A stretch of 43,201 nt of DNA from Planctomycetaceae bacterium (GTDB taxonomy: Bacteria; Planctomycetota; Planctomycetia; Planctomycetales; Planctomycetaceae): contig DASPSM010000016.1 of the NCBI GenBank assembly GCA_035623955.1, positions 1 to 43,201 of the forward strand, written 5' to 3'. Under the pieces are notes generated by a model. The model worked only from the letters and a program-made list of their open reading frames with translations. It searched no databases and had not been told where the DNA came from. Within the stretch, counting starts at the first letter, position 1, and each line of letters opens with the position of its first letter. Below, piece after piece: positions 26,862 through 34,588 of this stretch. The translations under genes and the position numbers were made by a program.

Positions 26862-28532
26862 ATGCCATTTTCTAGTCTCTCCGACATGCATCGCAGCCAG
26901 TGCCAGCTGCTGGGCCCGCGAACCGCGATTCGATTCAAACGCGACGGCCTGTACCACGACGTCAGCTGGGCCGAGTACCGCTGGATGGCCGACCGCGCCG
27001 CCGCCGGCCTGATCGAGCTGGGGGTGAATCCGGGCGATCGCGTCGCCATTCTGTCCGAGAACCGATACGAGTGGTTGATTGCCGACGAGGCGATCCTTTC
27101 GACCGGCGGAGCCGATGTCCCCCTTCACGCTCCGCTGGCTCCGCGACAGGTCGAATACCAGGTCGGTCACAGCCAGTCGCGGGGCATTATCGTCAGCGGC
27201 CAACAGCAGGCCGACAAAGTCTTTCACGTGCTCGAGGCGCTGCCCAATCTCGAATTTCTGATCTCCTTCGATCCAGTCGTTTCGCCGATCGACAAAATCC
27301 GCGTGCTGTCGTGGAACGGGCTGATGCAGCGGGGCAGCCGCGCGCACAAGCAGGAAGAGATTCTTCGCCGTGAATCGAAAATCACCGGCAAAGACCTGGC
27401 GACCATCATTTACACCAGCGGCACGACGGGGAACCCCAAAGGTGTGATGCTCACGCACGGCAATCTGCTGGAAAACGCGAAGACGACGCTCGAAATCGGG
27501 CCCCGCGATCCAGCCGACGTCCTGCTGAGCTGGCTGCCGTACAGCCATATCTACGCACGCACTTGCGATCTGTACGTGCCGGCGATCGCAGGCTCGAGCG
27601 TGGCGCTGGCCGAGTCGATGGACACTTTGATCGTCAACCTTGCCGAGACCTGGCCGACCTGGCTGACTTCGGTCCCGCGGTTTTACGAAAAAGTGTGGGC
27701 GCGCGTCGAACAGATGCCGCCCGAGCAGCGTTCGACCACGCTCAAGAAGATTTTCGGTCCGCGAATTCGTCAGCTTTCGTCGGGCGGCGCTCCGCTGCCG
27801 AGGCACGTCTGCCAGGGCTTCTTTGACGCGGGGCTCCCGCTGTTGGAAGGCTACGGGCTCACCGAGACCTCGCCCGTCGTCAGCTTCAACAAGCTCGACG
27901 ATTACCGCATCGGGACCGTGGGCAAGGCGATTCCCGGCGTCGAAATCAAGATTGCGCCCGACGGCGAGATTCTCGTCCGCGGTTCGAACGTCATGCAGGG
28001 TTACTGGCGCAATCCCGAGGCGACGGCCGAGGTCATCGAAAAAGACGGGTGGTTCCACACCGGAGACGTGGGTCACCTCGATGACGAGGGTTATCTCACG
28101 ATCACGGACCGAAAGAAGGATCTGATCATTACGTCGGCCGGCAAGAACATCGCTCCCAGCGAGCTCGAGCGGCTGCTGGTCAGCGACATCTATATCGACC
28201 AGGCGGTGGTTTATGGCGACGGGCGGAGGTTCGTCAGCGCCCTGATCGTCCCGAATTTCGAGCAGCTCCGCGCGAAGGCCGCCGAACTCAATTGCAAGCT
28301 CGAGTCGTCGCCCGAAGGATTTTTGAAGACGCCATGTCTCAACGAGTTTTTCGCGCAGCGGATCGATGCGGTGATGCAAGAGGTCAGCAATCCCGAGCGG
28401 GTCAAGAAGTTTCTCGTTCTCGATCGCCCGTTTCAGCTCGACGCCGACGAGCTGACGGCGACCTTGAAAGTCCGACGCAACCACATCATTCGTAAGTTTG
28501 AGCACCAATTGGCTGCTCTCTACGATGACTAG
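26862..28532 (+). CDS. Long-chain-fatty-acid--CoA ligase (FadD/FAA-like AMP-binding enzyme)
   Basis: IIYTSGTTGNPKGVMLTHGN, EGYGLTETSP, GWFHTGDVGHLDDEGYLTITDRKKDLIITSAGKNIAP. GGGGAGG lies 9 nt before ATG 26862. ATG 26838 is an alternative start. Confidence 0.85.
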   Translation: MPFSSLSDMHRSQCQLLGPRTAIRFKRDGLYHDVSWAEYRWMADRAAAGLIELGVNPGDRVAILSENRYEWLIADEAILSTGGADVPLHAPLAPRQVEYQVGHSQSRGIIVSGQQQADKVFHVLEALPNLEFLISFDPVVSPIDKIRVLSWNGLMQRGSRAHKQEEILRRESKITGKDLATIIYTSGTTGNPKGVMLTHGNLLENAKTTLEIGPRDPADVLLSWLPYSHIYARTCDLYVPAIAGSSVALAESMDTLIVNLAETWPTWLTSVPRFYEKVWARVEQMPPEQRSTTLKKIFGPRIRQLSSGGAPLPRHVCQGFFDAGLPLLEGYGLTETSPVVSFNKLDDYRIGTVGKAIPGVEIKIAPDGEILVRGSNVMQGYWRNPEATAEVIEKDGWFHTGDVGHLDDEGYLTITDRKKDLIITSAGKNIAPSELERLLVSDIYIDQAVVYGDGRRFVSALIVPNFEQLRAKAAELNCKLESSPEGFLKTPCLNEFFAQRIDAVMQEVSNPERVKKFLVLDRPFQLDADELTATLKVRRNHIIRKFEHQLAALYDD

Positions 28533-28580
28533 CCCAGAGATAAGTAACCCCACCGGGGTCGACGATCACGACGGTCGCTG

Positions 28581-29729
28581 ATGGACAACGGCTTGAAAAA
28601 GCGGGTGGGGAACGCGGCGTTCACCTTCCGCGGGTACAACATTTCCAACTTGGGCAGGACGCCTGAGCTTCTGGCGCATCCCGCTTACGGGCCCGTCGTG
28701 CGTCGCCATCTCGACGACGCCTCGCGGATTTGCACGCGCGTCACCGGCCGCAAGGTCAATCTGCTCGGGCGGATCCATCGCAAGGCCAAGACGACGCTCA
28801 AAAGCTACGCTCAGGACATCTGCCTGATCGTCGCCGTCGAAATGGCCCAGCTGCAGATCCTGCACGACATGTACGACGTGTCGATTGCCGACGCCAAACT
28901 CGCGCTCGGTTACAGCTTGGGCGAGCTTGCGGCCCTCGTGGCCTGCGGCGTCTACACGATCGAGGCGGCGATCGGTCCGCTGGTGCAGCTGGCCGACGAG
29001 GCCTCGTCGCTGGCCAACGACGTCACCTTGGGAATCTTGTTTTCGCGAGGCCCCGCGCTCGGGCAGGAGAAAATCGCTCAGCTTTGCCTGCAGATCAGCA
29101 ACGAAGGCAATGGGACGATCGCCATCTCGACGATTCTCTCGCCCGATACGGTGCTTTTGATGGGTCAGGGGGATACGCTCGATCGGTTCAAAGAGCGGAT
29201 GGTGGGCGTTCTGCCCGAGACGACTCGCCTGCGCAAGAATCGCAACAAGTGGCCGCCGATCCACACGCCCATCACCTGGCAGAAGAACATTCCCAACCGG
29301 GCTTCGGTGCTGTTGGAGAAAGTCCCGGGAGGCTTCCGGGCCCCGGTTCCGCCGATCCTCTCCTGCGTGACGGGCGGATTCGACTACAACGACTACAACA
29401 GCCGCGACATGCTCAATCGCTGGGTCGATCATCCGCAGCTGGTCTGGGATGTCGTCGATAAAACTCTGGCGTCGGGCATCGAGACAATCATCCACGTCGG
29501 CCCCGAGCCGAACGTCTTCCCCGACACCTTTCGCCGCATCGCCCTCAACGTGGAAACGCAGCTCAATTCGCGCCCCTTCGCGCGGTTCGGCGTCCGCGCC
29601 ATGACGACGATCATCCGCCGCCGCAGCTGGCTGCAGCGGCTGATTTCGACCGACCCGGTTCTGTTGCGGGCTCCCTACATCGAGCAGATCACGCTCGAAG
29701 ATTGGCTGCTCGACCACAAGCCGGGGTAG
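28581..29729 (+). CDS. Divergent FabD-like acyltransferase (malonyl-CoA:ACP transacylase fold)
   Basis: Nucleophile-elbow motif LGYSLGELAALVACG (canonical FabD has GHSLGE). Candidate dyad His in KWPPIHTPITW (canonical FHS/FHT). Overall length fits the Acyl_transf_1 fold. Confidence 0.6.
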   Translation: MDNGLKKRVGNAAFTFRGYNISNLGRTPELLAHPAYGPVVRRHLDDASRICTRVTGRKVNLLGRIHRKAKTTLKSYAQDICLIVAVEMAQLQILHDMYDVSIADAKLALGYSLGELAALVACGVYTIEAAIGPLVQLADEASSLANDVTLGILFSRGPALGQEKIAQLCLQISNEGNGTIAISTILSPDTVLLMGQGDTLDRFKERMVGVLPETTRLRKNRNKWPPIHTPITWQKNIPNRASVLLEKVPGGFRAPVPPILSCVTGGFDYNDYNSRDMLNRWVDHPQLVWDVVDKTLASGIETIIHVGPEPNVFPDTFRRIALNVETQLNSRPFARFGVRAMTTIIRRRSWLQRLISTDPVLLRAPYIEQITLEDWLLDHKPG

Positions 29730-29819
29730 TCGCTTCGCTGCCAACCGTGGCTTTCGTGACGGGCTTCAGAGCCGGTAAATCGGGGAGCCACAAGCCCGTT
29801 GGTGCTCCGCTTCGGCACG

Positions 29820-29848
29820 TTGACACCCAACTCGGGCAGTTCTAGCAT
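29820..29848 (+). promoter_or_regulatory. Candidate sigma70-like promoter for the 30.0-38.9 kb operon
   Basis: TTGACA (29820-29825), 17-nt spacer, TAGCAT (29843-29848). This would give a leader of about 165 nt before ATG 30021. Motif match only. Confidence 0.35.
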
Positions 29849-30020
29849 GGAAGAGAGGCGTTGCCACGTCGGCGCTGCCGGTCGCAACCCTCTTCGAGGC
29901 AGCAACTTACGACGGGCCATTTCCTCTCAGCCAATCCCTGGGAATCGCGCCGCCACTTTTGCGCCGCTGGTTTGTTTATTTATTGGTGAAAATCCGCGTT
30001 GAGAGCGGAATCGAGAATCC

Positions 30021-30971
30021 ATGTCTCTTGCCCAGGGCGGTAAAGCGAGGCTCGGCCGCGGCCACTTGGCCCCACCCGTCATTCGCGTCACCAACTACGA
30101 CCGCGTCTGGTCGATCCTAGTAGCCCTCTTGGCGGTGCTCGCCGTGTCGGTTTGGTTCTTGTTCCTGGTCTGGGACAGCTTTCGCCCGCACCACGCGGTG
30201 ATGCAGCAGGCGATCGAGGTCATCGAAGACACGAGCGGCGGCGTCGAGAACGGCTCTCCAACCGAATCTTTGAAGCTCGAGGGAACCGGCCCCGAGCGGG
30301 CCGACGCCACGCCGGGGGAAGCCTCTGACGAGAGCCGCCCGGAAGTCGAGCAGGTGCTGCAGAGCGTTTCGCTCGAGGCAGCCAGTGGCGACGCGACGGG
30401 AACCGTGATGGCCGGTTCCTCGGATCAGCTACAGCTCGATACGGCGCCCGTCGCCAGCCCGAAGGGGGGCTTCGCGCTCGGCACCGGAACCAGGCCGGCG
30501 CTCGGGGGAGGTCCCGGATCCAGAGGGGGTTGGCCGCGGCATCAGCGTTGGTACGTCTACTTCCCGGAAGAAGGCTCGCTGACGCAATACACCAGGCAGC
30601 TCGACTTTTTTGGGATCGAACTCGGCGCCCTGATGCCCGATCGAACGATGACCTATCTGTCGGACGTGTCGGCCGCCAAGCCGACCGTGCGGAATGCCGC
30701 ATCCGGCGAGGGAGAGAAACGCCTGTTCTTTACCTGGCAGGGGGGCAAGCGGCGACAGGCGGACATGCAGCTGTTTGCCAAGGCGGGAGTGCCCATCAAC
30801 CCCGACACGATCATCTTCCATTTCTATCCGCCGGCGACTGAAAATCTCCTGGCAGTCAGGGAGCGCGATTACGGCAATCGGCCCGTGCGCCAAATCCGCC
30901 GCACGTTCTTTACGGTGATCCCCGCCGCGGAAGGTTACGACTTTGAAGTCACCCGCCAGGTCTATTACTGA
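30021..30971 (+). CDS. Single-pass membrane protein of unknown function (316 aa)
   Basis: TM helix VWSILVALLAVLAVSVWFLFLVW, an acidic/Gly-rich linker, then a C-terminal globular region of about 140 aa (WYVYFPEEGSLTQYTRQLDFFGIELGALMP...). The stop lies 2 nt before the next ATG. Confidence 0.65.
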   Translation: MSLAQGGKARLGRGHLAPPVIRVTNYDRVWSILVALLAVLAVSVWFLFLVWDSFRPHHAVMQQAIEVIEDTSGGVENGSPTESLKLEGTGPERADATPGEASDESRPEVEQVLQSVSLEAASGDATGTVMAGSSDQLQLDTAPVASPKGGFALGTGTRPALGGGPGSRGGWPRHQRWYVYFPEEGSLTQYTRQLDFFGIELGALMPDRTMTYLSDVSAAKPTVRNAASGEGEKRLFFTWQGGKRRQADMQLFAKAGVPINPDTIIFHFYPPATENLLAVRERDYGNRPVRQIRRTFFTVIPAAEGYDFEVTRQVYY

Positions 30972-30973
30972 CG

Positions 30974-33900
30974 ATGAACGACCGCACGGCGATGCTCGAC
31001 TTGGAGGTTCGAAACGGCTCGCAGCCGGCCGAGACGCTGCGGATATCGCGCAAGCAGCCGATTTGCATCGGCCGGCACGCCTCCAACGATATTTGCATCG
31101 ACGATGCGGCTGTGGCCCCGATCCACTGCCGAGTCGCCTGGAACGGGGCGGAATTCGAGGTCGCCTCGGCCAACCGCGACGGAGTCGACGTCAACGGCAC
31201 GATGGTGCGGCACAGTGCGCTGAAGGCGGGCGATGTCATGCGGATTGGGCCGGCCGATCTCCTCGTCCATCAGGCACCACCCTCAACCGAGTCTGACGCC
31301 CCGGCGCCCGGATGGGAGCAAGACGACTCGCTCCCCTACCTTCCGGATCCAAAATCGTCTTCCGAGATGCCTCCCTTTGCGTCTGGGGAGGTGCCGCTGC
31401 GTCCCGTGACCGAAGAGGGCCTGCCCGCGCAGGAAGGGTGGAATCGAGGAGCCTTCCGCCCAAATGCCTGGTCAGGGATGGCTGAGCGGTTGCAGCAGGC
31501 GGAAGCGCTCAAACAAGGGCCGTCGCAAGCGCCGACCGCTCCGCCAACGCCCGCGACGACCAGCGACACCATCGGTGCCATTCTCAAGGAGCAAGAGGCT
31601 GCCGAGAGCGACGAGCCCGTGGCCCTGCTGCCTCGACCCAAGCCGCTCAGTGCCCGCTTGTCCGAGCGGCTGGCCGCTCAAAAAATGCGACCCGGCGAAC
31701 AAGAGGCCCTGCGGTCGCCTCTCATTCTGGGAATGCTCGGCGTCACGCTGGCGCTGGGACTGGCGGCAGCGGCAATTTATTTCGTCATCGGCCGCGAGTC
31801 GACCCAGCAAGAATACGACGCCGCAACCGCCGAATTTGCCGCCAAACAATACGGCCAGGCCGCGGAGATGTTCGAGAGGTTCATCGCCCGGCACAGCGGG
31901 CACCAACTGACGGCTGATGCCCAATATCAGATGTGGAACGCCCGCATTCTCAAAGAGATCAGCGGGGGGACGCCGGCCTGGAAGCTGGGGCTCGAAAAAG
32001 TCGAGCAATCGATCGACGCCAACCGCGATCGCAAGGACTTTCACGAGCACGACGCCGACCTGATCAATTTTCTGACGCAAATTGCGCTGGGCGCCTCCGC
32101 GTCGGCACAAAGCGCTGCCGATCGCAGCCTGCTCGACGTCTCGTCGGCGGCCGAAGCCATGCTCCCGCGCTATTTCCCCGACGGAAAACTTCCAGCCGAG
32201 CTGTCGGAGAAGCTGCGTTCGGCCTTCACCACCGCGGAGGAGGCGATCATCAAGCACGACGTGGTCACGGCCGGCGTGAAGGAGATCGAAAAGGAGAACT
32301 CTGCGCGGCGACCGATGGCCGCGCTCGCCGCGCGCCGAAATCTATTGGCTCGTTATCCCGACGTCGCCGCGGATGCCCGGCTGGGCAAATTGCTGACAGA
32401 GACCCTCGGCGTCGAAAAGGCCTTTGTCGTTCGCGAGGAGCTCAAGAAGCCGGCTCTGGCGCGGCAAGCGCATCCGGCCCCGCGGCCGCTGACCCTCACG
32501 ATGCATACCCGCACGCGCACGGAAGAACCTGCCGGCATAAGGCCTGTGTTTGTGCTGGCCAAGGACTGCTGTTACGCAGTCGATCATGTCACGGGCGAGC
32601 CGATTTGGCGGCGCGTGGTTGGTTTGGACACTCCGTTCTTCCCGGTCAAGGTCGAAACGTCGGTCGAGGGATTGTTGGTCTTTAACTCCAATCGGCTGTC
32701 GTTAATGCTCCTCGATCGAAAAACCGGGGCGGTCGTCTGGGAACAACCGCTCGACGAGGCCGTGTCCGGACCGCCGCTGGTCGATCAGGGACAGATTTAT
32801 CTGGCGACCTTGGGCCGGCATCTCTACAAGATCGACCTCGAAAGCGGCCGCATCACGACGCGGCTCACGTTCTCGCAAAAGATTCTTTCGCCGCCGGCTC
32901 TGACCCGGAACAAGGAGCGGCTGATCGTGGCGGGCGACGCGTCGCTGATCTACACGCTGACGACGTCGCCGCTGGAGTGTCTCCGCGTCGACGACATGGG
33001 GCACGCCGCCGGCTCGCTCGTCAACGGCGCGACGGCGGTCGGCGGGTTGGTGCTGTTGACCGAACCGGGACGAGGCTCGGGCACGCGGCTGCGCGTTTTC
33101 GACGCACAAAGCGACGAGACCTGGCTCAAGCAAGTCGACGTGCAGACGGTGGAAGGCCAGGTGCGCGACGCTCCGGTGATTCATGGAAAGATCCTGTTTG
33201 TCGCGTCGGACCCAGCACGGATTTCGGCGTTTGCCGTGTCGGACACACCGGGGCAGGAATCCCTGACGCCAACCACCAGCCTGGCGATTCCCAACCAGGA
33301 AGAGAGTCGGATTTATCTCTCGCCCGGTCCCGACGGGCAGCTGTGGATGGCCGGCAGCTCGGTCCGGCAGCTGCAGCTGAAGCTCAACTCACAGACATTC
33401 TCCCTCAACCCCGCGGAAATCGCCGTCGGGATCAGCTCGCAGCCGTTACAAGTCGTAGGGCAATATCTTTATGCCGCTCGGAAGCTGCCATTTGCTTCGA
33501 GCGTTTTCTTTTCCGAGATCGACCGCGAGCCGATGACGGGCCAATGGCGCACGGTGTTCGGTTCTTCACTAATCGCGGCCAGCGTTTTCCCAAGCGGCGA
33601 GATTGTCACCGTCGGCGAGGCGGGCGACGTCTTTGCGGTCGAACCGCGTGAGCTGGATGCGGGCGGCTTCAAGTCGTCGGCTACTTCCGTCATCGAGCCA
33701 GACCCGAAAACCGCAACTCCCCTGCGAGCCACTCGGCTGCATGACGGTAAGATCGCCGTCGATTGTTCCGGGCCGAATCCGAATCTGTGGCTCGTCGGTC
33801 TTGGTGGACAGCTTTCGGGCACTATCAAGCTCAATAAGCCGCTCGAGGCGCCACCGATCGAGATCAATGCCGGCCTCGTGCTCCCGTTGCCGGGTCGGCT

Positions 33901-34588
33901 GCGCCTGGTGAGTCCGACAAGCGGCGTGCCTGCGGCCGAGGAATATCTGGCGCCGGTCGAAAAGGGGCGGTCGGCCCGCTGGAAATCGGTGGAGCGCGTC
34001 TCGGAAAAAGATCTGGTGGCACTCGACAGCAGCGGACGGTTGTCGCTCTTCCAGTACCGGACCGACCCGGACCGCAATCTGGCCGCGGTCGTCTCGAAGC
34101 AACTGGAAGGACCCTGCGACTCCGGACTCGCCGTCGTCGCCGGCCGCGTCGCGTATGTCGATGGCGACGGCGTGCTGCACTTTCTCGACGTGGCAACACT
34201 CGAGCCGGTTGCCAGGCACAAACTGCCCGATCTCGCGGTGGGGCGTCTGTGGACCATCGACTCGCTGCTCCTGGTCGAAACGAGGGATCATGAGCTGGCT
34301 GCCTTCGACGGGAGTGGTCCCACCCGGTCGCTGTTCGTGACCTCGCTGAAAGACACTGGCCCTTCCGGGCGTCCCGCATTGATCCAAAATCGGCTCATCG
34401 TCGCCAATCGCGACGGCACCGTCGTCAGCATCGATCCGGCTCACGGGACGGTTGTTGCTCAAGTCGCGCTGGAGCACCCCCTTTCGGGCGGCGTGCTTGC
34501 CGTCGAGGGCCGCGTCGTCGTCTCCACGATTGACGGCAGCTTGTGCCGAGTCGATTCGTTGCTCGAGCGGCCAAGGAAGGCACCATGA
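30974..34588 (+). CDS. FHA domain - TM - TPR-like - PQQ/BamB-like beta-propeller protein (1204 aa)
   Basis: N-terminal FHA pattern ICIGRHASNDICIDDAAVAPIHCRVAW...VDVNGTMVRHSALKAGDVMRIGPADLLV. TM SPLILGMLGVTLALGLAAAAIYFVIG (about nt 31715-31792). Repeated propeller-like strands (YAVDHVTGEPIWRR, LLDRKTGAVVWEQPL, IYLATLGRHLYKIDLESGR, VVSIDPAHGTVVAQV). Confidence 0.8.
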   Translation: MNDRTAMLDLEVRNGSQPAETLRISRKQPICIGRHASNDICIDDAAVAPIHCRVAWNGAEFEVASANRDGVDVNGTMVRHSALKAGDVMRIGPADLLVHQAPPSTESDAPAPGWEQDDSLPYLPDPKSSSEMPPFASGEVPLRPVTEEGLPAQEGWNRGAFRPNAWSGMAERLQQAEALKQGPSQAPTAPPTPATTSDTIGAILKEQEAAESDEPVALLPRPKPLSARLSERLAAQKMRPGEQEALRSPLILGMLGVTLALGLAAAAIYFVIGRESTQQEYDAATAEFAAKQYGQAAEMFERFIARHSGHQLTADAQYQMWNARILKEISGGTPAWKLGLEKVEQSIDANRDRKDFHEHDADLINFLTQIALGASASAQSAADRSLLDVSSAAEAMLPRYFPDGKLPAELSEKLRSAFTTAEEAIIKHDVVTAGVKEIEKENSARRPMAALAARRNLLARYPDVAADARLGKLLTETLGVEKAFVVREELKKPALARQAHPAPRPLTLTMHTRTRTEEPAGIRPVFVLAKDCCYAVDHVTGEPIWRRVVGLDTPFFPVKVETSVEGLLVFNSNRLSLMLLDRKTGAVVWEQPLDEAVSGPPLVDQGQIYLATLGRHLYKIDLESGRITTRLTFSQKILSPPALTRNKERLIVAGDASLIYTLTTSPLECLRVDDMGHAAGSLVNGATAVGGLVLLTEPGRGSGTRLRVFDAQSDETWLKQVDVQTVEGQVRDAPVIHGKILFVASDPARISAFAVSDTPGQESLTPTTSLAIPNQEESRIYLSPGPDGQLWMAGSSVRQLQLKLNSQTFSLNPAEIAVGISSQPLQVVGQYLYAARKLPFASSVFFSEIDREPMTGQWRTVFGSSLIAASVFPSGEIVTVGEAGDVFAVEPRELDAGGFKSSATSVIEPDPKTATPLRATRLHDGKIAVDCSGPNPNLWLVGLGGQLSGTIKLNKPLEAPPIEINAGLVLPLPGRLRLVSPTSGVPAAEEYLAPVEKGRSARWKSVERVSEKDLVALDSSGRLSLFQYRTDPDRNLAAVVSKQLEGPCDSGLAVVAGRVAYVDGDGVLHFLDVATLEPVARHKLPDLAVGRLWTIDSLLLVETRDHELAAFDGSGPTRSLFVTSLKDTGPSGRPALIQNRLIVANRDGTVVSIDPAHGTVVAQVALEHPLSGGVLAVEGRVVVSTIDGSLCRVDSLLERPRKAP

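Noticed and set aside
25415-28553. 544-aa and 575-aa minus-strand ORFs (25415-27049, 26826-28553) opposite the thiolase and FadD-like genes
   Set aside because: They are antisense to genes with unambiguous thiolase and AMP-binding signatures. The first also reads through the intergenic repeats.
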